Shown here piece after piece: positions 38,467 to 52,619 of a DNA stretch of 63,921 nt. How positions within the stretch are numbered: position 1 is the first letter of the stretch; each line of letters begins with the position of its first letter. The DNA lies in assembly GCF_001194135.2 (NCBI RefSeq), contig NC_068997.1:27576455-27640375 (forward strand), in the 5' to 3' direction. The position numbers and the translations under genes are program-made. Origin of the DNA: Octopus bimaculoides. Its lineage: Eukaryota. The notes beneath the pieces were generated by a model, which was not told the DNA's origin, did no database searches, and worked only from the letters and a program-made list of their open reading frames with translations.

Positions 38467-39373
38467 CTTGGCTATACTAATATTTTTAAATGACATTAAA
38501 TGCTAGTGATGTGATGTTTTTTTATGTACAAACCTTTACATGGAAAGATTTAAAGAAAAAAAAAAGTAGTGTAGATGCTACAAGAAAGACAATGTTAAAA
38601 GTAAATTAGAAAGTGTACTAAAAGCAGCCTACCATAGAACGAGTGCCACAGTAGAGTAGAATTTGTTCGCAAGAAGAGAGAAGATATTAAAGTAACACGT
38701 ATTAACATGTTTGTCTTTTTAATCCCTTTAATGGATTAAATGTAAGTTATTTATCAACAACTATATTGAAATCAAATTAAAAAAAAAAAAAAAGCTATGA
38801 AAGAAATGCAACAAAAATGCTCAAACTGCAATTAGTTTGAACATTTTTTAGAATTAATAAAACTTCTAGAATTGAGATTAAAAAAAAAATAAGTATAGAA
38901 CATTAGATTAGATAAATATAAAATTAAAATATGAAAATTTCTATTTAAATTTCAAATGAGAGTTGCTAAAATACAAAGTACAGGTAGTTGGTTTTTGACA
39001 CAAATATATTACAAACCTCATTATATATTTTCAGTCAAGTAAAAAATGATGATGAATTACTAACTACCAATGAAACAGTTAAATTGTCAGTGAATGATCT
39101 CAGTAGTAGTAGTGTCTTTGTTTAATATTGTTCAAGTGAACAAATACTATATAAAGTGACATAAGGCAGAGCTGGTATTGTTACTAGCCACACTACTATC
39201 AATGTTGACAAGACATGCATTTAGCAGAAACACCAACACATCATTTAGCTTATTAGCAGTGTGCAGAGGAAGAGATGAAGAGAATGTGATACTACACTTC
39301 AAGTACAATAGTACAAAATGAACCTGACAAGAGATTAATGCATTCATGATCTATACGATATATATATCTGTAG

Positions 39374-39455
<82 letters not shown>

Positions 39456-40255
39456 TCATTAACAGAAAGATGCATCAAAATGTATAAACAGCCATAATAG
39501 ATATTTAACTAGAATACATTTTATAATCATCCTGATTCCAAGAAGTGAACTAAACTAGATTACATAACTAAACAATACAACTAGAAACATCAAGGCAGGC
39601 TCTGATGATACGATGGTATAGAATTACTTAAATATTTACAATGAACCTACTTTCAAATAATATTCTAAGAAATATAGATTATAATTAAAGCCTATCTCTC
39701 TGTTTCTTTGTAATCATTCATCTGATTTGATCACAATCTAGATTTGCTTTCTATAATTACCTAATAACTAATTCTGAAATTATCCATAAGCCTATTAACA
39801 GGTTAATTATACTTACCTTGGGCTATTAAACTGACAAACAATATAAATGAAAATGTTAAATGATGTTTTCAACTAAGCTATCCTATTGATTACCCTCACT
39901 GTAAGTTAAAATCATAGCAAATTTTATTTACAAGGATTATTATTATTACTATCATCATCATCATGTGGCATGAATTTGCTGAAAACTATGTAAAAACAGG
40001 TCCCAAACAGCCTCTGCAAATACTGCATTTCTATGGAATATAAAGGCATGTCTCATAAGAAGCTTGAGAAAATATTTACTCTTTAAAATCTTTTCTGAAT
40101 CAATAATAGCCATGGTTAAAAGATGACACCCAATAATCTCATGAATGCGTTAATATGCAAATAAAACAGAGCAGAGGAGACAATAGAGGGGAAAAAAAAT
40201 AAAACATATATTTACTTACCAACATATAGTGTACATATGTGTGTGTATGTGCTTG

Positions 40256-40316
<61 letters not shown>

Positions 40317-40385
40317 TTGACATTTTACCATGCTAAGTATATACAAATAGGATAGGATTACAGTTAGAAAGAATAAAAGTTACGA

Positions 40386-40416
<31 letters not shown>

Positions 40417-40801
40417 TATATTACTAGTAACTAGTAATATTAGTGCCAATCGAAAGCCTGAACAGTGCATATATAGATATTGGTAGAAGTACAGACAGCT
40501 TATATACATTCTCTAGATTTAATAGGTAATGCACATATTTTCTTCATTTAATAAAAACAATTTATAATACTAATATGTCTCCATGTAACAGGTTGTACAA
40601 ATTGTGTATGTGTGTTTGTGTGAATTAGTCTCGTAAACAGTCAAATTAAGTGAGCAATTCTACTAAAAAGAAAATAAAAATACCGGGAAATTGAAGGGTT
40701 GAAAAACAATTAGGTAAGTGATAAACACAACATAACTATATTTGTGCCCTTTAATGTTGATGTAGTCAGAAGGTTTAATATTAATAATTTGGGTTTATAT
40801 A

Positions 40802-40858
<57 letters not shown>

Positions 40859-41197
40859 TTTGGAAAGTTCAAGGAATCAGGAGCTATTAAGATGTACAGA
40901 ACAGAATATTCCTAAGGGTAGAATTCAAGTACATTCTTCTAACAGAGGAGAAATACCAACAAAAGTTAATAATATATATAGAATTTTATGTTCATGTTTC
41001 CTACTGGAGTGAGTTGCATGGATTGTCACAGTTTGAGTCACAACAAATTAGGTGATACCACTACTAAAGAGTACACACTTGTATGAGATATTTGGTTTGG
41101 TTTCTACAGCTGGAAGTTCTTCCTATGGCCAATATGTATACACACACATATATATATATATCCACTTATACATAGAATAGTAATCTCTCTCTCTCTA

Positions 41198-41230
<33 letters not shown>

Positions 41231-41240
41231 NNNNNNNNNN

Positions 41241-41274
<34 letters not shown>

Positions 41275-41640
41275 CCATAGCCATGAGATTAAGAAGCTTA
41301 CTTTCCAAATATATGAACTGGGGTTCGATCCCATAAAGTAGCATCTTGGGCAAGTACTTTCTACTATAGCCCCAAACTGAGCAAAGCTCTGTGACTGGAT
41401 TTGTTAGACAGAGACTGAAAACCCATTATGCACATATGTGTACTCATCTAGACATCACAGTTGTAAATGAGTGTCACTGTCATCCAAGCGAGGTTATTTG
41501 TTTCTAGTCTGAAAAACATGACTGACCATGAGAAATATTTACCTTGCTTGGAAATGGGTGAGGGCTGGTGACAGGAAGGGTATCCAGCAAATCTGCTTCC
41601 ACAAATTTGCTTGACCCATGCAAGTATGATAACATGGGTG
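41275..41640 (+). mobile_element. Family A SINE head joined to tail type 2
   Basis: B-box GGGTTCGATCCC. The tail GGAAGGGTATCCAGC...GACCCATGCAAGTATG matches the reverse complement of 63700-63830. Confidence 0.65.
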
Positions 41641-41686
41641 TATATACATAAATGACCAACACATACATGTCCACAAATACATACGC

Positions 41687-41743
<57 letters not shown>

Positions 41744-42464
41744 TATATATGCATACACATACATACACATATTATGGTCATGAAAGGGAACAAAATCAGA
41801 GCATTTTCAATGCAGCACTTAATCCAAGCCCAAGGTTATTTATTCTCTAGAACTTGAGTTTCACAGAAGATCAAAATTCTGCTGGGGTAAAAATCCAAGT
41901 ATCACATCAGTAAATCCAATGTGTGGGCTTCGCAAACAGTAAAATATAATCCAAATAAGATGACAAAGAAAAACTTCAGCACATCTTTAATTACCAGTTA
42001 CAACTGTTTCGAATGCCATTGCATGCTAAAGTTCCACGTGGAAAGTTATGTAATATTTGCAGTTTTAAACATTAGCATGGCACTTCATCAAACTAGCCTT
42101 AAAATGGATGTTCTTACATTGTTTGTCTGCTAAGCATTGTATGTTGCTTATATTGGGAGGAAACAATAATTAAAAAAGAATAAAATGGTAGAATAATGGA
42201 TAAGACCTAGACAATAATAATACCACATCAGATAGAACAGGTAGAGGAAGAAGAATAGGTGGAAAGAGGTAAAGCAGGAAACGAAAAAAAAAAAAAAAGA
42301 TCTGAAGGGTGCAGTAGGCCAATAAGAAAACCACTCCATTGCTGGCAACAAAACAGACAATGATCAAGTGAAAATAAAAATAAAGAGAAATGAATTATGA
42401 AAAGGACAATGAGAAAGTGATATGATAGAGTATTCCTAATAAAATGCAAATACATAAATAATAT

Positions 42465-42708
42465 ATAATAATGACAATAATAACAATAATCCTTTGATCT
42501 ATAGGCACAAGGCTTGAAATTTTGAGGGAGGGGGGTTAGTCAATTACATTCACCCTGGCACGCAACTAGTATTTTTTTAATCAACCCTTAGAGGATGAAA
42601 GGCAAAGTTAACCTTGGCAGCATTTGAACTCAGAATGTTAAAGACAGACAAAATGCTGCTAAGCATTTTGCCCAGTATGCTAATGGTTCTGCCACTTTGC
42701 TGTCTTTA
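42465..42708 (-). mobile_element. Full-length family B SINE
   Basis: Reverse-complement homolog of 24802-25047, including the (AAT)n tail. Confidence 0.75.
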
Positions 42709-43056
42709 TTATAATAAGAATAACAACTGATAGGCAGAACACAAACAGTGTTCTACCTATCGTTACTGTTGTTGCTATTATTATTATTATTATTATTATT
42801 ACCATTGTTTACAAAATGTCCAAAATGAATTTAATGCAGGCATGTCAATGATTCAAGTCCAGCACTGAAGCATTCACTGTAGCTGGGGCTGATTCATAAA
42901 TACTATAAGTTTATTGATAAAATGAGTACACATTTTTATTAAAATATATTTTGTCTTTGCAAGATCAGAGTTTTATTAAATTGCCAAATATGTCTTCAAG
43001 TACCTTTCACACAGCTATATATACACTCATGTACGTATAGATATGTATGCATAAAT

Positions 43057-43087
<31 letters not shown>

Positions 43088-43090
<3 letters not shown>

Positions 43091-43186
43091 CATCATCATC
43101 ATCGTTTAACGTCCGCTTTCCATGCTAGCATGGGTTGGACGATTTGACTGAGGACTGGTGAAACCGGATGTCAACACCAGGCTCCT
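43088..43186 (-). mobile_element. 5'-truncated young SINE/LINE tail (type 2) with (GAT)n end
   Basis: About 95 bp nearly identical to 63690-63785. Confidence 0.75.
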
Positions 43187-43982
43187 TTCCATGGATATCC
43201 ATACATGCATATTTATATGTCCTCCACAAGCTACTCATCATTTCCCCACCAACCACCCAAGTCAGTGTATGAGCTCTGTATAGTGGTTTGATCCAAGATG
43301 AATATTTCTGAAATTGTTTCACCAAGACAATGGCATTAATAATACTTTTCAGCAGTACTCTCCCTGACACACAACTGCATGTCATCTACGATAATTCTTT
43401 TAAGCTTTTTCTGTAACTTAACTTTCTCCTTTGTAGAAGGAGGCTAGCATAGCATTCATTTGGCACAATATTTCTGTGTACCACCAAACTGACTATACAG
43501 GTGGCTTCTTTAACTTCACATTTTAAACACCTTAACAAGAACAGTATGGAATGATAGTGGCACACTTGCTCTTACTGATATTGAAATTATTAACAATCAT
43601 ATATTTAAAAAAAACCAAGAGTCAGGTTGAAAAGCCAGAATTTGTCCCAGACTGGCAAACTGCATATATGTGCGTGCATGTATATATGGGTAATTGACAC
43701 AGACAAAAAGATTGAGTGACAAAGAGCAGCTTGAGGGATACAATAAATAGTAATATACTACACATACACACTTGTTAGCAAACGTGTGTGCATATATGTA
43801 TCATTGTCATTGTCTTTCATTCACTTTCTATGCTGGTCAGTGCAGTATCGGTCATTATTGCCCTCCTAGATGGTAGCACTATGACATCTTAGGGAGCCTG
43901 ATTTAAGCAACCTAACAAGCAATAACCAATATAAATCACCTTTCCACAGCTAGATACATTTTCCAGGTACATTATGACACAA

Positions 43983-44026
<44 letters not shown>

Positions 44027-47000
44027 GAGTCAGTCAAGCAAATCTGGATCATATAAAGTTTGTGTAAGTGTGTTTAAATATATGATGAGGGAAAGAGAAA
44101 GGAGCATGACACTCATTTCCATTCTCTTGCTACTGCCACTATTTGGAATTTGATCACTACCAATTACATTACACAAAATATAAAAATTCACACGAAATAT
44201 CATTACAAGGGGTAATATACATGTATAACAGTTTTATGTGCATATGCATTCAATTATCTCTCAATTGGCATATGTTCTTTGAATCCACTTCAAATTCAGT
44301 TATAAAAGGTAAAAGTTGTACGGTTCATAATTTCCGTTATAAATGTAGGAAAAGAAGAAAAACCAATCAGGATTCAATATCTATTTAAAATAAGAAATTA
44401 ATAATATTTTGGTTTCAGATCAGCAGTCCAATAAATCAGTCTTTCTAGAACTGTCCAATTTGATTTCAGAATTACTTTTATTTTCATGCCATTTTACTCA
44501 AACATTCCAATAAAATAATTGAAAAACCCATATTTGGAAACCCATCTCTTTTGCTTTACAATCAATTCATAGCTGATGAGAACTGATCAATAAAAAATCA
44601 GATATGTCAGCTCAACTCTTTTTGTACCAACCTGCTTGACACTATCCTAGGTTCTATAATACAACATTTCTCGAAATTTAAACCTTCCATCAAAATTTCA
44701 TGTTAATTTATTCCAAACACCATCTTAATAATGATAAAGTTATTTTACTAAATTATCCATCATTTTGATAATGAATTGAAACAAAGATAATGGGTCTCAA
44801 AAGAAATATGGTAACAAAAAAGATTAAGGTAATTTCAAAGTCACATCATTATTAAATATGGTTTAATAGATATAAAACCAACTGCAGTTAATAATCTGTG
44901 AAGACTATAATAAATGAATTGAGATGGATATGTCAATCCTTTCTGCTTCTATATAATGATTGTGTGTATCAAGTTTTAAATGCAGACTCTTCTAAATATA
45001 TAGTGTAGATAATCAAATGCATACAGAAACATCAATGTTGACTAACTCACGCATCCTCTTATTATTATCATACAACATAATAAAAGATATAAATCATTTA
45101 TAGAACTCAGTATACTGTGTATGGAGTAATTACATGTATAATACAACACAACCCAACCCAATGCAGCTAGCACAGGAAATAGGTTTCTTGTACAATGCTT
45201 GGTGATTGGCAATGATGATAACATATAAAGTGACATGTCAGACATGGTTACAAGAATGTTTACTGTGGAATCATTGTTGCAATTTAGTAGAAAACATACT
45301 TACTGAAAATAATTGTTTGTATTTCATTAGATATATGACATTATAAAAATGGAGTGAACAAAATACTTTCAATATGGAATTAGCTTTGGAATTTTGGACC
45401 AGTTATGTCAGTTATATCAGTTATAGAGGGTAGTAAGAGAAAATTTCTGTTCTAAACATTCAATGTGATTTAGCAAAACATTCATTTAAAAAATAAATAA
45501 AATAAAAAAAAAATTTTTCACAGTTAAATGAGAAACTTATTCAATAAACAGATTAGCAAACATGAGTAAGCCATTCTATAAAGTAGTGTATTTGCTATCA
45601 ATGCACCTGCATTTCAATGTTAAAGAAAGAATGTACAGTTTATTGATTACACATTTTAGATATAGTTTGGTGGAAAAACAATAGATCAAAATAAATTTTG
45701 TGAAAATCCAAGAACAAAATAAAAAATTTAAATAAGGTATTTTTGTATTTTAAGAAGAATTGAATTTTTCTTTCAATGCTTGTATAATGAACTTTTGCCA
45801 GAGTTTGATATCTGAAGAATATATGAACAAATAGGATAGGAAGACAATTTGATCAACAGTAGAAATTTCCTGAGAATTAATTTGGGCTTGATTTAATTGA
45901 TATAACTGGATAACATATCTGGTTAACCCGTTTTAAAAATTTCATTAATTTTGCTTTAATTAACTGCAGCAATTTGGTTTTATTATTCAACGATATTTCT
46001 GTTTGATGTCAAGAAATTTAACAGCAAATAGAACTAAATTCTAAAATGTATTTGGAAAAAAAAAATTTTTTAATGAAATAATTGATAAAAAAAAAAGTAA
46101 ATTAAAAGAAATATAGAAAGAAGCAAAGACTGGATGTGAAAGCAATACTATGAAAATGTATAAAACATACACTCACACAAACATTCGATGAATAGAAAAT
46201 ATATGAGAATTATAAATAATTACATTGAATTCATTAATGGCAAAAATAAACTAAAATTATATTAGATGAATATAGATTGAAACTAAATTTTGAAAAAGAA
46301 AAAAAACCCCAAAAAACAAAAAGAAATCCCTATCAGGATAATAATAATAATCTGATAAAAAATATCAAATTTTCCCAACTGGGACTAATACGTTGTTTAA
46401 ATCTATCAATATCATAAGTTCATACGTTTAAATCTGGTCAGCTTTACAAAATTGTTTTCGTTCATCTGTCAGCTTTTACTGTCATGGAGACAGCTGATAT
46501 AGGAGACTTGAGGGATGAATCAAACAATTAAGATATTAGTCTATTATCTTCATCAAAGATGTAGAGGTTTTATCAAATAGCAAAAAATATACGGAATATT
46601 GTGAAATAAAGAAGAATTGCTATTTATTTTACCGTAACTCATGTTTTCACTAACTCTTATTTTAAATCTTTATAAATGAAATGCATGAAAGAATTCCAGT
46701 TCTTTGTTGTTTAGGCTAGTCTATTTGTCAAGTCTTCTGAACCAGATTATTAAATTGTGCCTTAATAATGAATAGTCTGTATTATTTGTGCATGCAATCA
46801 TAAAAACCAACAAATATAAGCTTACTTTCAGAAAATCAATGCTTATATCTGTTAGGCATGCAACAGTGCTACCAGTTTGATATATGATACCACACAGTCA
46901 AGCAATCAGTAAAAGTGGTAGTAGAATAGGAGGCTTTCTAAAAGTCAGCTAAGAAAAATAGGAAACAAATATTTGCTGTATCCCATTAACGTGATCCAGA

Positions 47001-47761
47001 TCAAGTAGAAATATCCAAGAGTTAGGATATTTGATAAAAGTGGCATGTAACTCATAGGAACCCCTGAAATAATTTGACAACTATTGAATTTCATTAAATG
47101 ATGAAGGAGCTAAATATTAAAAGATAGTTTTTGTTTAATTTGTATTTAAGGAGCTATTTGATAATTTGGTTAAACAAGATGTTAGAAATCTGTTTATTTC
47201 CAGTTAGGACCTGTCTACCAGAGACTTGGCAGTGATCAATAATTATCTCTTGAGAGATAGGTTAATGCTACAAACTAAATAGAAACTGTAAAAATGCCAA
47301 AAATAGAGGCAAGAGAAACAAGATTGATTCTAATAAATGGAACACCAAATGTCATGAAAACCTCAACTTCGTATTGAAATGTTTTTCTTTAATTAAAAAA
47401 AAAATTTAGCTTTTATCACCATCATCAGTACTAACGCTTCACTCAAGATTCACTGATAATATATTCTTTATAAAATCATCTAATCTTTGGGGTTTTTTTC
47501 TCTCATAGATGTAGTTGGAGCTTATAGAAAAATTAAAACTGAAATTTTAATCTAAAAACATTGCGAGTGGTTTCAATATTGCAACCAACAGTACTGCGAG
47601 GAAATTTTTTAACTAATATAAAGCAGTAACAGCTAATTTGCAGATAGTATCTGATCTGAATTAAGTCAAGACATTTATAAATATACTTATGGCTAAAATA
47701 ATAAGCATAGAAACTTTATTATCTCTAAATCTCTCAATGAGAGACATACAGTAACAGTGCT

Positions 47762-48049
47762 TTAAAGTAAAGAATATTTGCCAACATAATGTGGCAGTCC
47801 TGGTCGGGATGAATGTTACTGTTGTTTTAGCCCCAGTAAACATTGTCTCCAGCTGGCTATACAACACGCATCTGTGTCCTTATACTTTCAAACAGGGGAG
47901 TTCAGCTAAAGTCCTCTGTTCAAAAGTACAAGGATACAGATGTGTGTCGTATAGGCAGCTGGAGACAATGTATCCTGGGGCTAAAACAACAGTAACATTC
48001 ATCTCGACCAGGACTGCCACATTAGGTTGGCAAATAATCTTCACTTTAA
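47762..48049. repeat. 288-bp spacerless imperfect palindrome (about 90% arm identity)
   Basis: 47762-47899 pairs with 47912-48049 with 14 mismatches and no indels by my alignment. The 12-nt centre is itself nearly palindromic around AG^CT (47905/47906). Both ends terminate in TTAA. Confidence 0.95.
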
Positions 48050-50916
48050 TAATAATCACAATAAATAGACAAAGATAAAATTATATTTAGTTTAAAAACA
48101 TTTGAATAAAACAATTACAGCAAAGAAGATACACATCAGCCATTAAAAGAAAAAAAAAAAAAACACTTGCGCAACAAAAACTGTTAACTTCAGTTAAACA
48201 TTTATTAATTTGGAGTCAAACTTTATGATTCAGTGAAACCACCAGTAACTAGGTTGCAGTAAATGTGAAGAAAATTTTGACACCAAATAATAAATGTTTA
48301 AGTGTAGTTAACATTTTTTCTGTATGTGTTTGAATAAGTAATATGTATCTTCCATGCTGTAATTGTTTTAGCTTCAACACGTGGTCTAATATCAAATCAT
48401 TTGTCAAGCAAGTATACCTCCAAAATTTAAATAAAACTTTCACAGTAATAGGCAAAAAATTAGATGTTGAATGGGGGTGGGGGGTGGGAGGGAATAATTT
48501 ATTAAAATCTGTTCATGTAAATACAATTTTTTTTTTAATCTAAAAAAAGTGTTTTTTTCTTTGTTTTTCTCACAAGAAGCTTTTGACAATTTGAACATTT
48601 CCATATAAGTGGAACAATTATTTTAGCAACTAAGAAATGTTTTCCTTGCTATCCTACAGCTAACTGCTTAATATAAGAGAAAAGGAGTGATGGGGCCAGG
48701 GAATAAATAATGTACTTATTTATTAAGTAGTTGGATATTTTGTTATGTATTGTAAATTTCTAGTAATCCTTCACAAATGCATGCTAAAGAATGATCAGTC
48801 AATTAAAAAGTTACAATAATGAATGTAAAAGAGATCAAAAGGAATATACTGTCTACAAAGTGTGAAATAATGTTCTTTGAACAGTGACAAAAAAAAAAAG
48901 AAAAAAGAAAAATCTTAGATAAACTAGTTATCTTAATAGATTATTTCTTTTAGAAAGTAGCGCAGTTGTAACAAATGAACATGTTTAACAAAAGAGCAAA
49001 AGTGGTGATATGGTTCTAAAAATATATTGAAATATCAATATCATATAGATAGCTATAGATATCAAATATATATATATATATATATATATCCAGACGAAAA
49101 ACAAACTATTTCATATTAAACACTAGAAATCATTTTAGTGATATCAGTATGCATGTAGGTGTATGCATGTGCACTATTTTAAATTAAATGAGATTACGAC
49201 CAAAGTAATATTAAAATTAAATTTCTATTGCAATTTTCAATGCAGCTGTATCAATGAAAATTGAACAATTTTCATATTGATAGGTTTTATGAAAATATTA
49301 TGGACAATATTATTTCAGGGGTTCATATAATGCTCATATAATGCCAGAAGATAAAATGCATGCAATGAAAATACTGACAAATCTATGGTCAAATAAAAGG
49401 GAAGGAGGTAGTAAATAAAATGATTGTTACAAATTCACCAGTGTGGTTGGTTACTAGAAGGATTAATATACATAACACTACAATGAAATGTTAGTTGAAG
49501 CATGTTCAACTGCTTACATCAAAATAATTGATGAGGGTGATTAAATAAGGCAGCAGGACAAGAATAAGGAAGTAGAAGAAAAATGGAGATAAAAATAATC
49601 ATGCCAACACCAGCAACTAAGCAGAGTGGGGTGAAAAGGAGGAGAGTGGTTCAAGCGCTGATAGTTCTCCAATATGCAGTGGAGAAAGTCTGTGTCAAAA
49701 AGCACTGTCTGAGCAGACTACACCCAAACAGTAACAATGCAACCCAATAGGCATTACCTGGAATCTTACTCATCAAATGTCCGTTAAATACTTTCACTTG
49801 TAGAATAAACTGTATGAAAAACCAACAGGATTCTCAATGTTCAGTTTGGATAATCATATTAGAAGCAAGACTTTTATTTATTTTTTTTGTAAAACCACTA
49901 TCTGTGATTTCATTCTCTCTCTCTTTCACTTGCAAGAGGCACAAACGCACACACATACATACTACACCTTCGTCAGACAAAATGATATGTATATACAAGG
50001 TAAAAAGCGTTATACAAACTACAGGGTTTATATATATATATATATATAGAATATTGGACAGGATATATTTGACAAAATATTCATCTGGAGTATATTCTGC
50101 AAATAAGTGGCTTATGATGACAAAATAAGCGCAAATCAAATTGATTACCACCAATATTTACAGAAAATTTTGTTTGAAAATAATAATGAAAAGGAAGTTT
50201 TAAAAATCAGTTTTTTAAAATATACATAAAATAAGAGTATTTCACTTATAGCTATCATATTTTTAACAGGTGGTGTTTTTTTCATCTTTTCTTTCTGAAG
50301 TAGAAAAAAAATTCACTCCTCCTGCCAATTAAATGGTTTAGTAATTGTTGTGAAAAGATAAATTTAAACATCTGTTTATCCGTCACATTTATTCTTTGCA
50401 GGATTAAAATGTAGCAATCACGTTTTATTATGTTTTAGCCAGACACTCTAATGGGGCAGACAATTACTTCACTACAAAAGGTATTTTGTTATTTCCATGA
50501 ATGCACAAGTAGTTGAAGAAACACCAAAAAGAAATATTCTCCATAATAAAAAAAAAAATCCTACCAACTTTTTATATTGCAATATGAAATAACCCTTTTG
50601 TTTATAAAATAAAGGGTCTTAAGTTTTAAGAAAAGGCAAACATTTCTACAAACCTATTGTACATATATAGGGAAATTATTGTGTGCAGATAGCATTTACA
50701 TGTCCTAAGGAAAACAGTCACACAATACAATTTACATCTTTTTCTATGCTTTAAGTTTTCTTCTATGTTCAGACATGGCTGAATGATTTTGTAATTCAAA
50801 CATTCATATCAATTTTCAGAGGAAATATTTTATTAACAAAATTCTATCTTTCTCAACTAAAAAAATGTAAGTAGTATTTGTTTTATCAAAGACATATCCA
50901 AGTATGAAAACCATAA

Positions 50917-50948
<32 letters not shown>

Positions 50949-51455
50949 TTATATAGCTGTAATTCAAACATACAATATTTCCTTATAAAATGATATACAA
51001 ATTTAACTCATAAAAGGCACACCTGTTCAATAGACACCAAATGCCAAGTCTTCAACTGAGACTAACAGAAATATCAACCTTTGTTGAAGCAAGACAAACA
51101 CTATAAGTAATTTAGTATCAGGTCAATGCTGAGTAAACAGGATCAACAGCCTTACAGCATTTTATTTTCATATAGAATGCATCTAGAACTCCATTATCCA
51201 ATGTCTCCTTCCTTTTTTGAAAAGATGGTAGCATGAGATTTCATGGAAACTTGGCTACTGTTTCAAGCAGGACAACCACTTAAAGGCTCCTCGTTTCTGT
51301 TTATTTAATATACTTTGGATTTAGGATCACATTATCTTAGCCCAGTCTGAAGAAATGCATTTAAAAAATTTGATGAAACCAAAATGTTTGAAAATAAACA
51401 AGCAGACACTAGTTATATATTTGATTTCATCTATGCACATGTTTGTGTGTGCAAC

Positions 51456-52560
51456 GGGTAAATTGTTGCGATTTTATTTTAATTTCATGCATACACATTG
51501 TTTGTTTTTGATTTTGTTGACTACACAGTATAGTAGGGTCAGCTGGGTACCGTCTGTGAGGAAAACAGTTCCATGACGCAATTCACTCAGCCAGAAATTT
51601 GGAAACAACATGCTGTACTGCTTGGCATTCACACGGAAAGCTCCAATACGAACATATCAGAATGTTTGGGTGTCAATCTGAGGACAGTGCAGAGGATTCG
51701 GAAAGAGTTGGATGAGTCTAACGGCGAGTATGAAGGTATGGCAGGCTTGGAAATCTAACTCTGATCATTCTGATTAGAAAAGAACTAGTGAATTTGGTCA
51801 AGGCCATGATTGACAACGATCCCTCCAAGTCAATCAGGTCCATCGCCAGGGACAGGGGAGTATTTGGGGTTTTTATCAGGCAGGTAGTGCATGAAGACAT
51901 TTGGTATTCCTCATACAAGATGAGAAAGAGCCAATTTTTATCCCAAACCACCATGGACAAGAGGAAACACTTTTGAACAAACTCAAGCATCCCTTCCAAC
52001 CGAACATGCTTGGGTTTTTCTCAGACAAGAAAAATTTCTACCAGGATCAGATGGTAAACACAGAACAACCATTGGCTTGCTGTGTCCCCAAAAACATGTA
52101 CCGAGAGTGATAAAAATCAAACATCCAGTCAACATCATGGTGTTTGGAGTGATCACTAGTGATGGTGGCATTATGCCTCCATCTTCCCACACGGCCTCAG
52201 ACTCAACACAGAAGCCTACATCAAATTCCTGGAGGTGGTAGTGTTGTTCTGGGTGAAGAGGGTGGCTGCTGGAAGACCCTATTCTATGTCTGGCAACAGG
52301 ACTCTGCACCATGCTACACAAGCAGCAGAACTCAGTCATGGCTGTCAGACAATTTCTGCAACCACATCACTCCTAACATTTGACCACCTAATTCCATAGA
52401 CTGCAACCCCCTTGATTATTATGTGTGGGTCGCAGTTGAGCAAGAGACCAACAAAACTCCTTGTTACACCAAAGATGAACTGAAGGCAAGGATTATGACA
52501 GCATTCACCAACTTAAACGAGAACACTGTCCAGAAGGAGATTCTGAGGTCATCTGGGTGC
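51456..52560 (+). mobile_element. Degenerate Tc1/mariner DNA transposon, DD37D (maT-type), 3'-truncated
   Basis: Frameshifted transposase pieces IMVFGVITSDGG..., YVWQQDSAPCYTSSRTQSWLSDNFCNHITPNI*PP..DCNPLDYYVW. Left end GGGTAAATTGTTGCG is shared with the 53400 end. Confidence 0.85.
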
Positions 52561-52619
52561 GGTGAATAAACGGTCGTCTAAATTACACTAAAATGAAAAT
52601 AACACTGACATCTCATTTT

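Noticed and set aside
47661-48078. ORFs on both strands with an internally repeated peptide (QLETM.PGAKTTVTFI.TRTATL.WQI)
   Set aside because: A by-product of the palindrome; no splice or homology support.
50270-50296. Acceptor followed by RKDEK, echoing human GPATCH8 SRKDEKK
   Set aside because: The frame stops 5 codons later, with no donor; an A-rich coincidence.
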